From: Cetorhinus maximus
Lineage: Eukaryota
Assembly: GCF_964194155.1 (NCBI RefSeq)
Contig: NC_135880.1
Span: 216,442,001 to 216,506,000, forward strand
Direction of reading: 5' to 3'
Length of the DNA: 64,000 nt
Shown: piece by piece, positions 38,126 to 50,721 of the stretch
How positions within the stretch are numbered: position 1 is the stretch's first letter
Layout: each line of letters opens with the position of its first letter
Notes under the pieces: generated by a model
What the model was told of the DNA's origin: nothing
Database searches by the model: none
Seen by the model: the letters and a program-made list of their open reading frames with translations, nothing else
Translations under genes and position numbers: made by a program

Positions 38126-39307
38126 TCATCTAGTCAGTGTGAGGGCCTCATCCCCATCATCGTCACCTCCGAGGACCTCCTCAGCCCCATCCCCATTGGC
38201 GTCCTCCTCATCCGAGGAGATTTCCAGCTCCTCCGTCTCCTCCTCAGCCAGCTCCTCTCCCCGTTGCAATGCCAGGTTGTAAAGGGCGCAGGAGATGACA
38301 ACAATGCGTGACATCTTCTGTGGGCTGTATTGCAGGGCTCCACCAGACCGGTCCAGGCACCAAAACTGCATCTTCAGCATCCCGATGGTCTGCTCCACCA
38401 AGTTGCGAGCTGCAGCATGAGCCTCATTATAGCGTTGCTCTGCTGCAGTCTGAGGCCTCCACACGGGTGTCATCAGCCACGGCCTCTGTGTGGAGCCCTT
38501 GTCCCTGAGGAGCCAGCCCTGCAGCTTCTGTGGACCTTGGAAGACTCCAGGGATCTGCCACTGACTGAGGATGTAGGCGTCGTGCACACTCCCTGGAAAC
38601 AGTGCGCATACCCGCAGGATGCGTTTCTGGTGGTTGCACACCAACTGCACATTCAGCGAATGGAAGCCCTTGCAATTGATGAAGTCCACTGAGTATTGCG
38701 ATGGAGATCTGAGCGCCACATGGGTGCAGTCGATCGCACCCTGCACCTGTGGGAAACCCGAGATCTGGGCAACTTCAGTCGCTCTTGTATCCTGGCTGTC
38801 CTGGTCTGGGCAAAATGCAGAAAGTTGTGTGCCCTTGCAATGATGGCATCCGTGACTTCATGGGTGCAGTTACGTGTGAAGGCTTGTGAGATTCCACAGA
38901 GGTCACCTGTGGAGCCCTGAAAGGAGCCACTGGCTTAGAAATTGTGCACTATGATCACTTTCACAGCCACTGGCAGTGGATGCCCTCCATGGCCCCGTGG
39001 CACCAAATCCTGCAGTAAGTGGTAGATGTGACTGACCAGTTCCCTAGACATTCGCAATCTTCAGCGACACTGATTCTCGGTCATGGCAGGTATGAAAGGC
39101 GATGTCTCTAGACCCTGGTTGTCGCCAGGCGCCGGCCTGTGACAGCTTCTGTGGCTCTTCAGTGGTGTGTGCGGGAGCCCCAGCCACTCCTTCTTCCTGA
39201 GGTAGCTGCTCCTCCCTCTACGCAGCCAGGAGCCTCCGTCGCTCTCTCCTCCGTTGTCTTTGTGCTCTGTAGGCCAACAGACATGCAGCTCATTCACTAG
39301 GCTCCAT
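38126..39307 (-). pseudogene. Harbinger transposase (HARBI1-like DDE_Tnp_4)
   Basis: GAIDCTH, KGFHSLNVQLVC, PGSVHDAYIL, LLRDKG, YNEAHAAARNLVEQTIGMLK. The N-terminal part is frameshifted. Splice acceptor just upstream of the ATG (39326). Confidence 0.93.
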
Positions 39308-41473
39308 GATCCTGATGTACTCCTCCTGCAGGAGGAAAGAAAGAGACACGTTGTCAGCTTGGCTGTACTGAGAACCTGTCCTGGTTAAGTGTGACAGCCA
39401 CTTAATGCTTCCCGGAGAGTGCTGACCACCACTTGGATGGCCAGAGATTAGTGCACTGCATGGCAGCTCTGTCAGCTTGAACCATGGGGGACACTGGTCC
39501 AAACCGGGATGCTGACATTGCAAGGGGCTGTGAGCACCTGCAGCAGTGACTGTTACATGGCCAGCTTTAGCGAGGAGATTGTACAACGTGTGCAGTCCAA
39601 CTTCTCTGCATCTGCTAAAGTGCTCATGAATTTGCAGTCTGTACCTGAGGTGAGGGTAGGGAAGCAGATCTGGAGAACGTAGCGGCACTTTGATGCCTCT
39701 GCGTTGCTTGAGTGGGCAGGTAAGCTAGGAGCTTGACCCCCAATCATTTCAATGTGGCTGCGCCTGAACTGTCTCGGTTGCAGCCTTTCTACAGGTTTCC
39801 CGAATGCGTGGCCCCTTCTCTCACCCACCCTACCCAACCCATGAATGATTGCGTGGTATATTCAACAGCAAGGCTGCACTTGCCCCCTGCTCCCCCTCAC
39901 CCTCAAAATTCACCTCTGAGGCAGGGCGACACTTAACCCCGACCCCCCCCCCACACCCCCACCCCTCCCCAGCGCCCCTGAAGCCTGCAAAGCAACAGGC
40001 GACCCTGGCGAGCTCTGCAGAACATTGCTGCGCACCCAGCTCCAGTTCACTCAAAGTAAAGGGCACCAAGTGCACGTCGCCTCTGTGCTGTTGTGAAATA
40101 CGCTGGCGCACTTTCCCGCTGACCTGGACGGACAATCCAGCGGGGCTGCAAGAGCCTGGGGAGGGGGAATGGCCTGATAATGATATGCTGATGTATTACA
40201 ATGAGGTTCCCAACGACTGATGGCAGGAAACGCGGCCCGACATCGGTGGGCTGAGTGGACAATCGCAACCTGCCTTCCTGCCATTGTGAAACCGATTGCG
40301 TCATATTGTCCACTTATGCCACCTATCACGCCCGCCGCCAGCAGGCATGGAAAATTCCACCCAACGTTAGAAAGTCGTCTGCAGATCAACTCTATTACAA
40401 ATAGGCAACTCGGCCATGCTACAACAACCTTGCACTTTTTATCTATCACTCACCTTGGAGTTCTCGGCATTTACATTGAATCAGAACTTGTCCAATAAAT
40501 AGGGCAACCCTTGTGTTGAAATACTTCATGGGCATTTACTACAGAATCAATTGATTGGAATAGGGATGAATGCAAAAGGACTGGCTGGAAAATGTTTAAG
40601 CACTAATGTATTAAATCAACCACGTTACGATCTGGAGATTTTTTAATGTTTGTTTTTCATTTTCAGTACCAAGGATATATTTTTCCCAGGAATTTCTGGT
40701 CCTTGTGATTTAATTCCCACTGTTTGGTTCCTTTGCCCAGGGAATTCCATTCCTGGGGTCCATTTTCTCCAGTGAATTCTGATCCTTATGTCCATTTTGC
40801 ACAGATAGGTCAGAGCCAAGGATTGATCGTTCCCAGGGAACGTGGTGGCTTAGACCGATGGTCAGTGCTCAATTTCTTTTGACTATCAAGTCAATTATTG
40901 AATTGAATGGCTTAAATTACCCAATGGATATCACGCTGCTGAGGACACACATCTTTTTTCTCCAGTGGTCAACGATTGAAAATCAGATGTAGGACCATCA
41001 AGTCCGACGGAACTTTAGATCCAACATTTTTTGCTGTATTTGAAAAATATAAAAGAGTTATCCTTTACCCCAGCTTTAACTTTATTAACAGAAATTCGGT
41101 AATGATATCTTATGCAATATGTAAATGAAGTGATTGAAATTCCCTGTATGTTTTGCTGGCAGGTTTTTACAAGCAGAATTCCGTGCGTACACTTTGCATT
41201 GGTTAGTATGCAATGTGTGAGGAGCAAAGAAGCTTCATCTTGTTTTATAGTCAGCGCAAACACAGGAAAATGAAACAATTACTGAGGGTGCAGCAAGGAA
41301 CTAGTCTGAGCTGATCATTAAAATAATGTGGAAAGCAGCTATTGTGATTTAATTCACTGGCAGCTATTGAAGAGACTGCAATCTGACAATGAAGGAAAGG
41401 AGCCTTATTTTAATTTTTTTTCCCCCTCCCCCCCGCCCCCCGCAAATCCTGAGCTTTTGAGGCAAACACCATG

Positions 41474-42120
41474 GGGCAGAATTTTATGCCTCGTGGGCGG
41501 GCGCGCACCTGACCCAAACGGACGTGAAATAGCGCGAGATGACGCTGAGTGAGCATCCCGGTGTCGTCCCGCACGCGCGCAATCTTCAGGTCGGCGGGCA
41601 CGCGCGGCTGTCGGGAGCGTGCCCGCCGACAATCAAGCAGGCGATTGAGCCCAAAAGGAGGCAACTGAAAGCGGTTTTTCGTGGCCCGTCCACTTTTACG
41701 GTTGGCGGACGGGCCAATCGCCCAGGCAGCCTTTACTCAAACCTCGATCCAGGGCGGGATGAAATCTCCGTGGGGAAATAAAAATAAGAGGAGATATCTG
41801 GGGACTGTGTTTTTATGAGTTACGCTTTCAGGCGCTGATTGTGCTGTGTGGACGTGGTTTGCAGCATTTTTTGCTGTTTCGTCTATTCTGTGGCGGCCTG
41901 CAGCTCCCTGAGGCACCGGTCTGCCTTCAGGGAGCTCAGTGGAAGCGCTCGCCAGCACCCGCTGGTGCCATCGTCGCCCAGCCTCTTCCCGCTCCCCACC
42001 GGCAGTGCTGAGCCTTTCTCAGCGCCCGTTTCACGCCGGTTGGCCGTTACTGGCTGTACTGAGTGCAGTCACCAATGCATTTCATTTTTGACCTTGGATA
42101 GGTCTGACGCAAGGAAACCT
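41474..42120. mobile_element. CpG-rich Harbinger-type non-autonomous element
   Basis: Left end gggcagaattttatgcc, colinear with 30081-30437. Right TIR not identified. Confidence 0.6.
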
Positions 42121-42689
42121 AATTTCACATTAGTGCTTTCTTTTATTGGCTCAATAACTCTGTGCAGTCTCAGTACTGAATGTGCGTCATAGACCGACAG
42201 TGTAATAAATGTGTAGCTCCCACTGGACCAGACCCCTAGCTCCTACTTCATTTCTGTTCATCTACCATCTTTTAATTGACACTGATTCACCACAGCGACC
42301 AGTAATAACGGCGTGTGATAACCCCCACAGGAAAACCACTGTATCGCATTAACTGATAGGCTTCCCATTACTGCAGGCAAAATTCAATCCTGATCCAATA
42401 CGTAGCTATCATTAGATTTATGAAACTGATGGTAGTTTCTCACCAAGGCTGAAAAGCCAATTTTTAAGATAAAAAAATATAATCAGCCCAGTCTGTTCCC
42501 AATAAGTCTCACTGCTTTCAGCAGACAAAAACCTTGCCCCTTATCCTGCCGGCTAGAAAGCTTCCCATGAAAAGGTTCCTTTCTTTAACCTCCAATTTTC
42601 CCCGCTTAACTCCTGAAGGCACTGACTCATACAAGGGTTCAGTTCAATGTATACTGACTGCCCTCACCTCACCCATTAGCCCTTTGCCT

Positions 42690-43325
42690 TATGTGTCTGC
42701 CTTGGCTCTGTGGAAAGCACTCTTCCTTTTGACCCAAAGGGTTGTGGGGGGTTCAAGCCTCCCTCCAGGGACTGGAAATATATACTCCAACACAGTACTG
42801 AGAGAGCACTCCACTGTCAGAGATATGATCTTTCAGAGGTGTTGTTAAACTAAGGCCCTCTCAGGTGGAGGTTAAAAGATCCTATGACACTCTTTGAAGA
42901 AGAGCAGGGAAGCCAGCATTCTAATCAATGTTTAGCGCCAAAGCAGATTACCTTGTTTCTTGACCCCAGGACCTCCCAACGTGTTTTACAACCCATTAAT
43001 TACCTTTGTGAGCTAAGTCACTGTTATAATGAAGGAAACATGGCAACTAATTTTGCACACAGCAAGGTTCCACAAATAACAAGGTAAAAATGATCGGGTT
43101 TTTTAAGTGTTCGTTGAGGGATGAATATTGACCAGGATACTGGTGAGAACTCCCATGGTCTTCTTCAAAAAGCACCATATGGAACCTTTTATATCCACCT
43201 TGAAAAAGCAGACAGGGTCTCGGTTTAAGATCTCATTGAAAGAAAGCATGCCCGACAGTGTAGCACTCCTTCAGTACTGCACCCCCTCGGTACCAGGATG
43301 GAGTGTCAGCCTAAAGTTTTGCACT
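42690..43325. mobile_element. Two Deu-domain SINEs (+ about 42690-42950; - about 42960-43325)
   Basis: Deu core in opposite orientations. Confidence 0.7.
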
Positions 43326-44904
43326 CTAAGCAAATGGTTTGCCAGACAGCCTTACACAAAGGCAAAGGCCATCCAATCATTGGCATTAACTATTTGATCA
43401 TTTTCTGCTGGAAAACTGTAGATCTTACTCTAAAGACTAAATGATTACTGCTGCTTTACGAGTACTATCAGATTGTTACATACTGCTTAGTTGTTACACA
43501 TGCTTTGCTTAAATATATAACCAGCAATAACAATTTTAAACTGCACGCAGAAGCAGATTGCAAAATACCCAAGCTGTGGTCTATGTGCAGATTATTAATA
43601 TATTCCTATAAAGAGCATTGACACACAGATCTTGCAAAGACATTTCCAATATGTTTCATGCTGAAGCAGCACTGTCGACACTTCTGAGTAAAGGATAAAA
43701 TTAATATGGTGCACTTTATTAAGAAAAATAAATGTAAATGATTTGTGTGACCATATTTATCTAGTGTCTAACCAGGTGATCATTCTGTACTGACAACCAA
43801 TTCCTACAACAAAGATGAGAGAGAAATCTGTTGAAGCAGCTCAAAACTGAATATATATATTATATCTTACTTAAAATAGTTTGTTCACTTCCATTGTGAA
43901 AATGCAATGTATTTCACCAGCAGTCACCATGGACCTGCAAGCCAGACATATATTTCAGTTTATTTATTTGTCTTTGAAAAATCTAAATGCACAGGTCTTT
44001 TGAGAATAAATATTTTGTAACAGACAAGTTATCATCAACAGGCAAAGGACATTTAGTGAAAAGCGCTCAAAGAACAGATAATAGAATGTGTGGGCAAGAG
44101 ATGCAAAAGGTTGCAAGCGGAATGGTTCCCTATCACAGAACAAATGTCATGAGTAAATATAATTTCAGTACGGGTTTTATGCAGACTAAGTGTAGATATT
44201 GCACTTCAAAGATAACCAGATGGTGTTGCATAGTTGTGCTTAAATATGTGATGATATGCTCATGAGAAAGGATGCAGTGCAAGGAAATGGAAGAGGTACT
44301 TATTGAAGTCCTCAGCCAAAAGCCTCTAAAGAATACCAGGGAAACCACTTAAGAAAGCTTGGTGCATAAACAGGGCACTTGCTCTCCTCAGTCTGCTCCT
44401 GCCACAGGGCATGTCATGGACTCTATGCATTTAACCCCCGAAGCATTTCTGGTAGAAATACTGATTCAACAGCAGGGATTACTGTGTACTGTGTAGATTA
44501 AAAAGTCCCATTCCCAGTGTTTATCCATCACACTAAATTCAACCTGGTGAGTTGTCACAGGCTCAGTCTGAAAAGGAAACTCATGGTCGAGTTGAATTCA
44601 CTTGCTGTGTGCACCAACACCACCAGCAAGTTGGGGTGGGGGGGGGGGTGGGAGGAAGGGACAGAGTTCAAGAAAATCCAGCCATTCGTTTTAATTGTGT
44701 CAAAATAGCATCGGCATCATCAGCACATCAGCAACCAGTTAAAGAAAATGCTATAGTTTCCATCGAAATTCAGAACCTTGAAAAATGTCCACCAGTGACA
44801 TTTGAGCGAAGGTCCCAGTGTGAGGCAATGGGCTGCATTTGTAAGGTTTGTACATATGATTTTACTGTAACATTAGCACGAGACAAAAGCAGGAATAAAT
44901 CAAA

Positions 44905-45520
44905 AAGAAAAGACTTGCCTTTATATAGCGCCTACACTGTCGGATGTGCTTTCTTTCAATGAGACCTTAAACTGAGACCCTGTCTGCCTTTTCAAGATGG
45001 ATATAAAAGATCCCATATGGTGCTTTTTGAAGAAGACCATGGGAGTTCTCACCAGTATCCTGGTCAATATTCATCCTTCAACTAACACTTAAGAAATCCA
45101 ATCATTTCTACCACAGGATGTGGCAAAGTGCTTTACAGCTTCTGAAGTACTTTTAAAATGTAATCACTGTTGTAACACAGGGTAGTCAGCAGCCGATTTG
45201 TGCACATCAAGCTCCCACAAACAGCAATGTGATAATGATCAGATAATCTGTTTTTGTAATGTTGATTGAGTGGTGAATATTGTACAGGCCACAGAGGATA
45301 ACTCCCCTGTTCGCCTTCAAAATAATGCTATGGAATCTTTTATGGCCACCTGCAAAGACAGACAGGGCTTCAAGTTTAACATTTCATTGCAAAAGACAGC
45401 ATCTCTAACAGTGCAGCACTCCCTCAGTAATAATTGGAGTATCAGGCAAAATTTTTGTGCTCAAGCCCTGGAACCTGCAACATTCTGACTCATTGGTGTC
45501 AGTGGCACCAACTGCGTAAC
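44905..45520 (-). mobile_element. Deu-domain SINE containing an inverted 181-bp insertion
   Basis: gacttgcctttatatagcgc[insert]acaggatgtggcaaagtgctttacagc..ccctcagta..cattctgactca. Confidence 0.8.
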
Positions 45521-46179
45521 AGCTGACACAGCTGTCGCCTGTAGTTCAAGTCACCTGTAGTTCAAATTTGGCAACACTCCATTAACATTATTACCCACTG
45601 ATTTTCAGTTAAAGTGGATGTGTCACCCAGCGATATTTTGGAATGCAGGAAAGAGCGACATATTGTGCCAAATATACAAAATGCTTTAGCGACTCCACAT
45701 GGAGTTTACAGGGAAATTGGCTGCTGGAATTTTACAATGATATACGTGTTTGACACTTTAAAAGATAGAGGTTCAATGATATGAATGTATTATAATGAGA
45801 CACGGATGTTCTAATCAATTCTTATCGATGGTACGGGCTGTGATTTGTAGGGTGCTTATTTTTAAAAATATATTTTAGCAGTCTTGAATAAGCTTTTAAC
45901 ATTCTTTCAGAATGGATGAGCATGATTTATGTGGTCATAGTCAGGAAAAATATAATCCAGTACTGAATATCTCAGAATAAAGAAGCAATTCACCAACTTT
46001 ATAATACACTCTTAAGTACACTGAAACATTTTACAGTTCTAGTCAGTTGTTTCGCATAATCACATCAGCCACTGAAATTTTACATTGTCTGGTAATGTGC
46101 TTAGGCATGTTACTCAGGTTAGTTATATACAATATGTATGATGTTTCTTTATTTACTCCCGGTTCAGTCAATAACATTA

Positions 46180-46570
46180 AGAGTCAGAAGGCTGTTGGTT
46201 CAACTGTAGTGCACAAATCTGGGCTGACACTCCGGTGCGGTACTGAGGGAGTGCTGCACTGTTGGAAGTGCTGTTTCTTTTGAGGAGACAATAAACCATG
46301 GTCCTGTCCGCCCTCTCAGGTGCATATAAAAAAAAATCCTATGCCACTATTTCGATGAAGAGCAGGGGAGTTGTCCCTGGTGCTTTGGTCAATATTTATC
46401 CCCAGTCAACATCATAAAACCAGATTATTGGTCATTATCACATCGCTGTTTGGGGCACAACTTGGTTGCTGTATTTCCTACATTACATTTCAAAAGTACT
46501 TCATTGGCTGTAAAGCATTTGAGACGTTCGTTAGTCATGAAAGGTGCTTCACAAATGCAAGTTTTTTTTT
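46180..46570 (+). mobile_element. Deu-domain SINE
   Basis: gagtcagaagg..gctgacactccggtgcggtactgagggagtgctgcactg..aaggtgcttcacaaatgcaag. Confidence 0.8.
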
Positions 46571-46783
46571 TCTTAATGCATCCCAACATGACCCTCATGA
46601 TATGTTTAGAACTTACCTATTTAATAGATACAGACACTTTTCCTCCCTGGAGTCCTCCTCTTACTGCTTGCCTCCAGCAGGTGACAACTCCTGCCGATGC
46701 CAGCAGTCCTTTAATAAATTAAGTTTAACCTCTGTCTAATCCGAGGTAACTCAAGTTGGCTGGGGGCAGCAGTAAGAAATACA

Positions 46784-47024
46784 AAACAAAAGCAAAAATA
46801 CCTGGAAAAGTTCAGCAGGTCTGGCAGCATCTGCGGAGAGGAACACAGTTAACGTTTCGAGTCCGAATGACCCTTCAACAGTTCTGTTCTGTTGAAGGGT
46901 CATACGGACTCGAAACGTTAACTGTGTTCCTCTCCGCAGATGCTGCCAGACCTGCTGAGTTTTTCCAGGTATTTTTGTTTTTGTTTTGGATTTCCAGCAT
47001 CCGCAGTTTTTTTGCTTTTATCTT
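46784..47024. mobile_element. Near-perfect palindromic Penelope-like element with back-to-back HHR motifs
   Basis: Arms of about 100 bp. HHR on the minus strand (46847-46881) and on the plus strand (46886-46923). 13-bp TSD agtaagaaataca at 46771 and 47025. Confidence 0.9.
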
Positions 47025-47224
47025 AGTAAGAAATACAGCTGGCCTCAATGTTCTTGGACTAGGAAATGAGGGGAACAATTCAGGTAGGATATGTAACTCT
47101 TGATTATTGTAGTGAAGCCTGCTGGAAAATGCATGTGTGTGGATGTTAGGTTTGGCTAGGATCTGATTCAATTGTTTGAATCGCCTATCACATGAAGAAT
47201 AGCCACAGGATCCAACTTTTTTTT

Positions 47225-47617
47225 AAAATTTACTCGTTCATGGGATGTGGGGGTCACTGATAAGGCCAGCATTTGTTGACCATCCCCAATAGCCCTTGAA
47301 CTGAGCATCTTGCTAGGCCATTTCAGGCGGCAGATAAGAGTAAACCACATTGCTGTGGGTCTGGAATCACGTGTAGACTAGACCAGACCAGGCAAGGGCA
47401 GCAGATTTCCTTCTCTAAAGGACATTAGTGAACCGGATGGGTTTTTACAGCAATTGATGGTAGTTTCATGGTCATTATTACTGAGACTGCCTTTAAATTC
47501 CAGATTTTAAAAAATTAATTGAACTTAATTTCCACTAGTAGCCGTGATGGGATTTGAGCCCACGTCCTCAGAGCATTAGCCTGGACCTCTGGATTACTAG
47601 TCTAGTGACATTACCAG
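47225..47617 (-). mobile_element. tRNA-head SINE with LINE-derived tail, near full length
   Basis: ttcatgggatgtggg..aggccagcattt..ctctggattactagtctagtgacattacca. Confidence 0.85.
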
Positions 47618-48834
47618 AGGGAAGAAAACTAGAAAAATTGCATTAAAGATAAACCATTGTGAGCATGTGAACGATAATTCCATTTATAATAATGGAATTA
47701 TTTGGACTGTTTTACACAGAGATTGCTGAACTCTATATCATTATGTGGGAAATGAGCTTGTGAGATAGGGCAGGTTAATTTTAAGTTTACACCATTGCTC
47801 AGGAGGTTGGCAGAGTTGGCATCCAGCATAGCTATCATCTTCGATTATGTTTGGCACTAAACTCGCTGATCACATCACTAACCTGTCAAGTGAAGCAGCA
47901 ATCATTATTAGAGGCAGCTCATGAGCACAAGGTTGCGCACATTCTAAGGAAGATACCGGAAGTGTCAGTAGCATTTAAGCACTTTATTCAACATCAAACA
48001 AAGGTAAATGACACCAAAGACAAAGTGAGATCTGGGATATTAAGTTTCCTCAGGAAAGATATGGAGTTCAGCATCCAGCTTGCTCAAGGCTGCGCCAAGT
48101 TGAGACCATTCACAAGGGGCCCTGGGCTGAATCTTACACACATATATAGCCGGTGGATGGGAGTTGGATCTGGAAGTGTGTGGAACGCCAACTCCCACCC
48201 CCCACCCCCACCTTTGAGCGATGTCAGATAATACATGTAGCGGCGAATTAACGGTTGCCTGGTGGAGAAGTCAGTCTTCAGCAGTGACCCATGGTGAGCA
48301 GCACGCCCAATCAGCTATGAAAGATGAGGCATCTCTGGGGACAGAGGGGCACAACATGAGCCCCTGGCAAGGAGCTGTGGCAGATGCACCAGAAAGCATT
48401 CTTTGGCCACTGAAGAACTTTGTGTGGGAGAATTTAAATTCCAGTGAATATTGCAATAGGTAGGAGCTCGCCAGGGAAGAAAGAACATTTGAATGTAGGT
48501 GACCCATGTCATGTTGTTATACTGGTATGAACACCAATTGCTCATAAGGGATTGTGTAAACATGTTGCGAGTTCATTTATTTAGAATAGGCACATGAGAA
48601 CATTTATACATAGGTAAAAAGCTTGAAGGCAGCAGCAGCAGAGATGGTGTGTGTTTACTCTGCTCTAAGGCAAAAGTGAAACTATGACTGGACCACATGA
48701 CACACTTCCCTTCTAGTGATGCCATGCTGCTATCCCTTAAAGGCATATTGCAACAACCCATTCCCCTGATGAATAGCAAGTGTTTAGGGAGCTATTCAGA
48801 ATCAGCTCTTTAACTCTCCTTGTCTTTCCACAGA

Positions 48835-50721
48835 TGGCATAGAGAATGGAGCCAGGAGCTAGGGTGGGCCCAAGACCAAAGATGACCCTAAGGCTTGACG
48901 ATGACTCCGCGCTAAAAGTGACAGGCAGGAGGTCCTCATGCCTGCTGAAGGGGAGAGGACGTCTCCCAGCTAGATGAAAGCAGCCTGGATGGAGGTCACA
49001 GCAGAGGTCAGCAGCCTTGGGGGTCATCCAGCGAATCTGGCTGCAGTGCCAGAAAAGGGTGACTGTGTCGTTGTCCTGGAGATGAACATAGGTGTGACGC
49101 GGTTCAAATATGGGATTGTCTTATGTGATGCACAAGTCTGTAAGGCGGCATGATGCAGACATGTCGCTCTGCATGGCAACAGGGGTTATGGAAGTGGTGG
49201 GGCGGGGGCACTGCAACACGTGTTATTTGTCAAAGAGCACTGAGAAATGTTGGCCGCTAACAAGGTACGTATTGGCCACACTATTGAAGGCCTGATTGTA
49301 GCACAGAGTCATTGCTATTTCCCTCTTTACTTCAGGAGAAGAGGGTGCACAATGCCTGAGAGAGGAACAGGACTCAAGGTGATGCACCAAATTTGACCAT
49401 CCTGACAGCCATTGAGGAGGAGGTTCTGGAGTTTGCTTCCAACGACTGGAGCTCGGCCATAGGTTGAGGCAAGGTTGGAGGAAGGCCCTAGCATGGTGAG
49501 ATTCCAAGCGCTCAGATCTACAATGTCAGAAAATATTGCTAAAGGGACTGGGGAGGGGAATGTGATTGAAACTGGGGGAGCTGACAGGAAAATAGCATTG
49601 ATGGTTTGTGACTTCAGAGGCTTGAAAAATTTGAGGAGCAAGACATGCCTCTATGTCGAAGGGTCTAGGGTTCAAGCACTGGTTAACATCTCCCAATGCT
49701 TCCAGTGTTTGCAATGAGGAAGCATGTCACAGCAAATTCACCTCAAAGGATGGAGATGCCTCTAACAGTACAACATCAGCGGCTGCAGAAAAAAACTCCA
49801 AGGGACCAATTGTATCCTCTGAGGAGGATGAAGAAGCCTCAGTGGGTGCAGCATCAGATCTTTGCTCCACACCTTGCATCATCGCAGATACATGCAGTTC
49901 GATGCGTATGCGTGTTTTGGCTGTAATGGATAAACACACTGGCGACAGCAGATAATAGTCACATGTACAGCTGCCGGAGACTGAGATGGAGCAGGACACT
50001 GCCACACGGAGGAGTGCTGGAGGTGACCTGGATGCTGAGCCCCAAGATGATGATGAGCCTCTTGGAGTCATCTGTCAGGCAGCAGATGCTGGACATACAG
50101 CATGAGGCGCGTAGCGATGCGGCGGAGATACCAATGGTGTTGTGCATTCTGACACAGAGTTTGGAGGAGTCCAGCCAGGCCATAAGGTGTTGCGATCACC
50201 CACTCTACAGAACACATGGCTTTCTCCATTGAGAGACTGGTGACTGTCATGGAGAGGCAAACTCAGTAGCTCACTGATGGGACACTAGATAAGCATTCTG
50301 ACCTGTACTCTATCGTCTTGTCTCTGATCTCCGGGGCCCGGAGCCAGAGAGAGATTGGGATGAGGAGCCGGGAGTCACATTCAGGTCCTGGTCCCTCTCA
50401 GGAAAGCAGGGTCCTTATGGTGGCAGATAAGGAGCTGATAATGTCATTGGGTACTTCAATGGGGCTAGCCACTTTGTTGCCCCTCTGCCATTGGCACAGG
50501 TGCCTCTGAGTGCCCCAGTGACAGATGAACATTCTGCCACTGTGCAGAAGACTCCCAGTACACCAGTGCCCTCGTGGCCTCAGGCGATCAGAAGACAGCC
50601 GCCAAAGTCATCCCAGGCAAAGAGGCATAACGGTCGACAGCCTGTCTCCAGCAGAGCCAGCAGTGAGGGCAGAGCAGCATGCCAAAGTACCCAGAAAAGA
50701 ATCAAGAAAACCCCACACTAG
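48835..50721 (+). pseudogene. Harbinger Myb/SANT protein remnant
   Basis: KAAWMEVTAEVSSLGVIQRIWLQCQKR, acceptor ttcag| at 49335, EKRVHNA.ERNRTQG, basic end STQKRIKKTPH. Confidence 0.75.

Larger units (their letters stand above)
36175..40362. mobile_element. PIF/Harbinger DNA transposon with both genes, decayed
   Basis: TIRs gggaggaattttcc / ggaaaattccaccc (13/14), flanks aat/aac, convergent Myb/SANT and transposase genes. Confidence 0.92.
32926..40426 (+). mobile_element. Non-autonomous Gypsy-type LTR retrotransposon (gag, protease, captured coiled coil, IN tail); 3' LTR split by a Harbinger
   Basis: Two LTRs of about 255 bp with TG..CA ends, about 91% identical over the first 188 bp by hand count. 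PBS, PPT, gag with Zn knuckle and protease present; RT and RNase H absent. No clear TSD. Confidence 0.92.

Noticed and set aside
38126-38746. Domesticated host HARBI1 gene
   Set aside because: It lies between TIRs inside an LTR and its N-terminal half is frameshifted, so it is a transposon copy.
40685-40800. Degenerate repeat of about 30 bp (ccag.gaatt....tcct...gtccatttt)
   Set aside because: Only about three poorly conserved units and no coding or structural interpretation.
39700-42120. CpG-island promoters
   Set aside because: The CpG-rich stretches coincide with Harbinger subterminal regions and a MITE.
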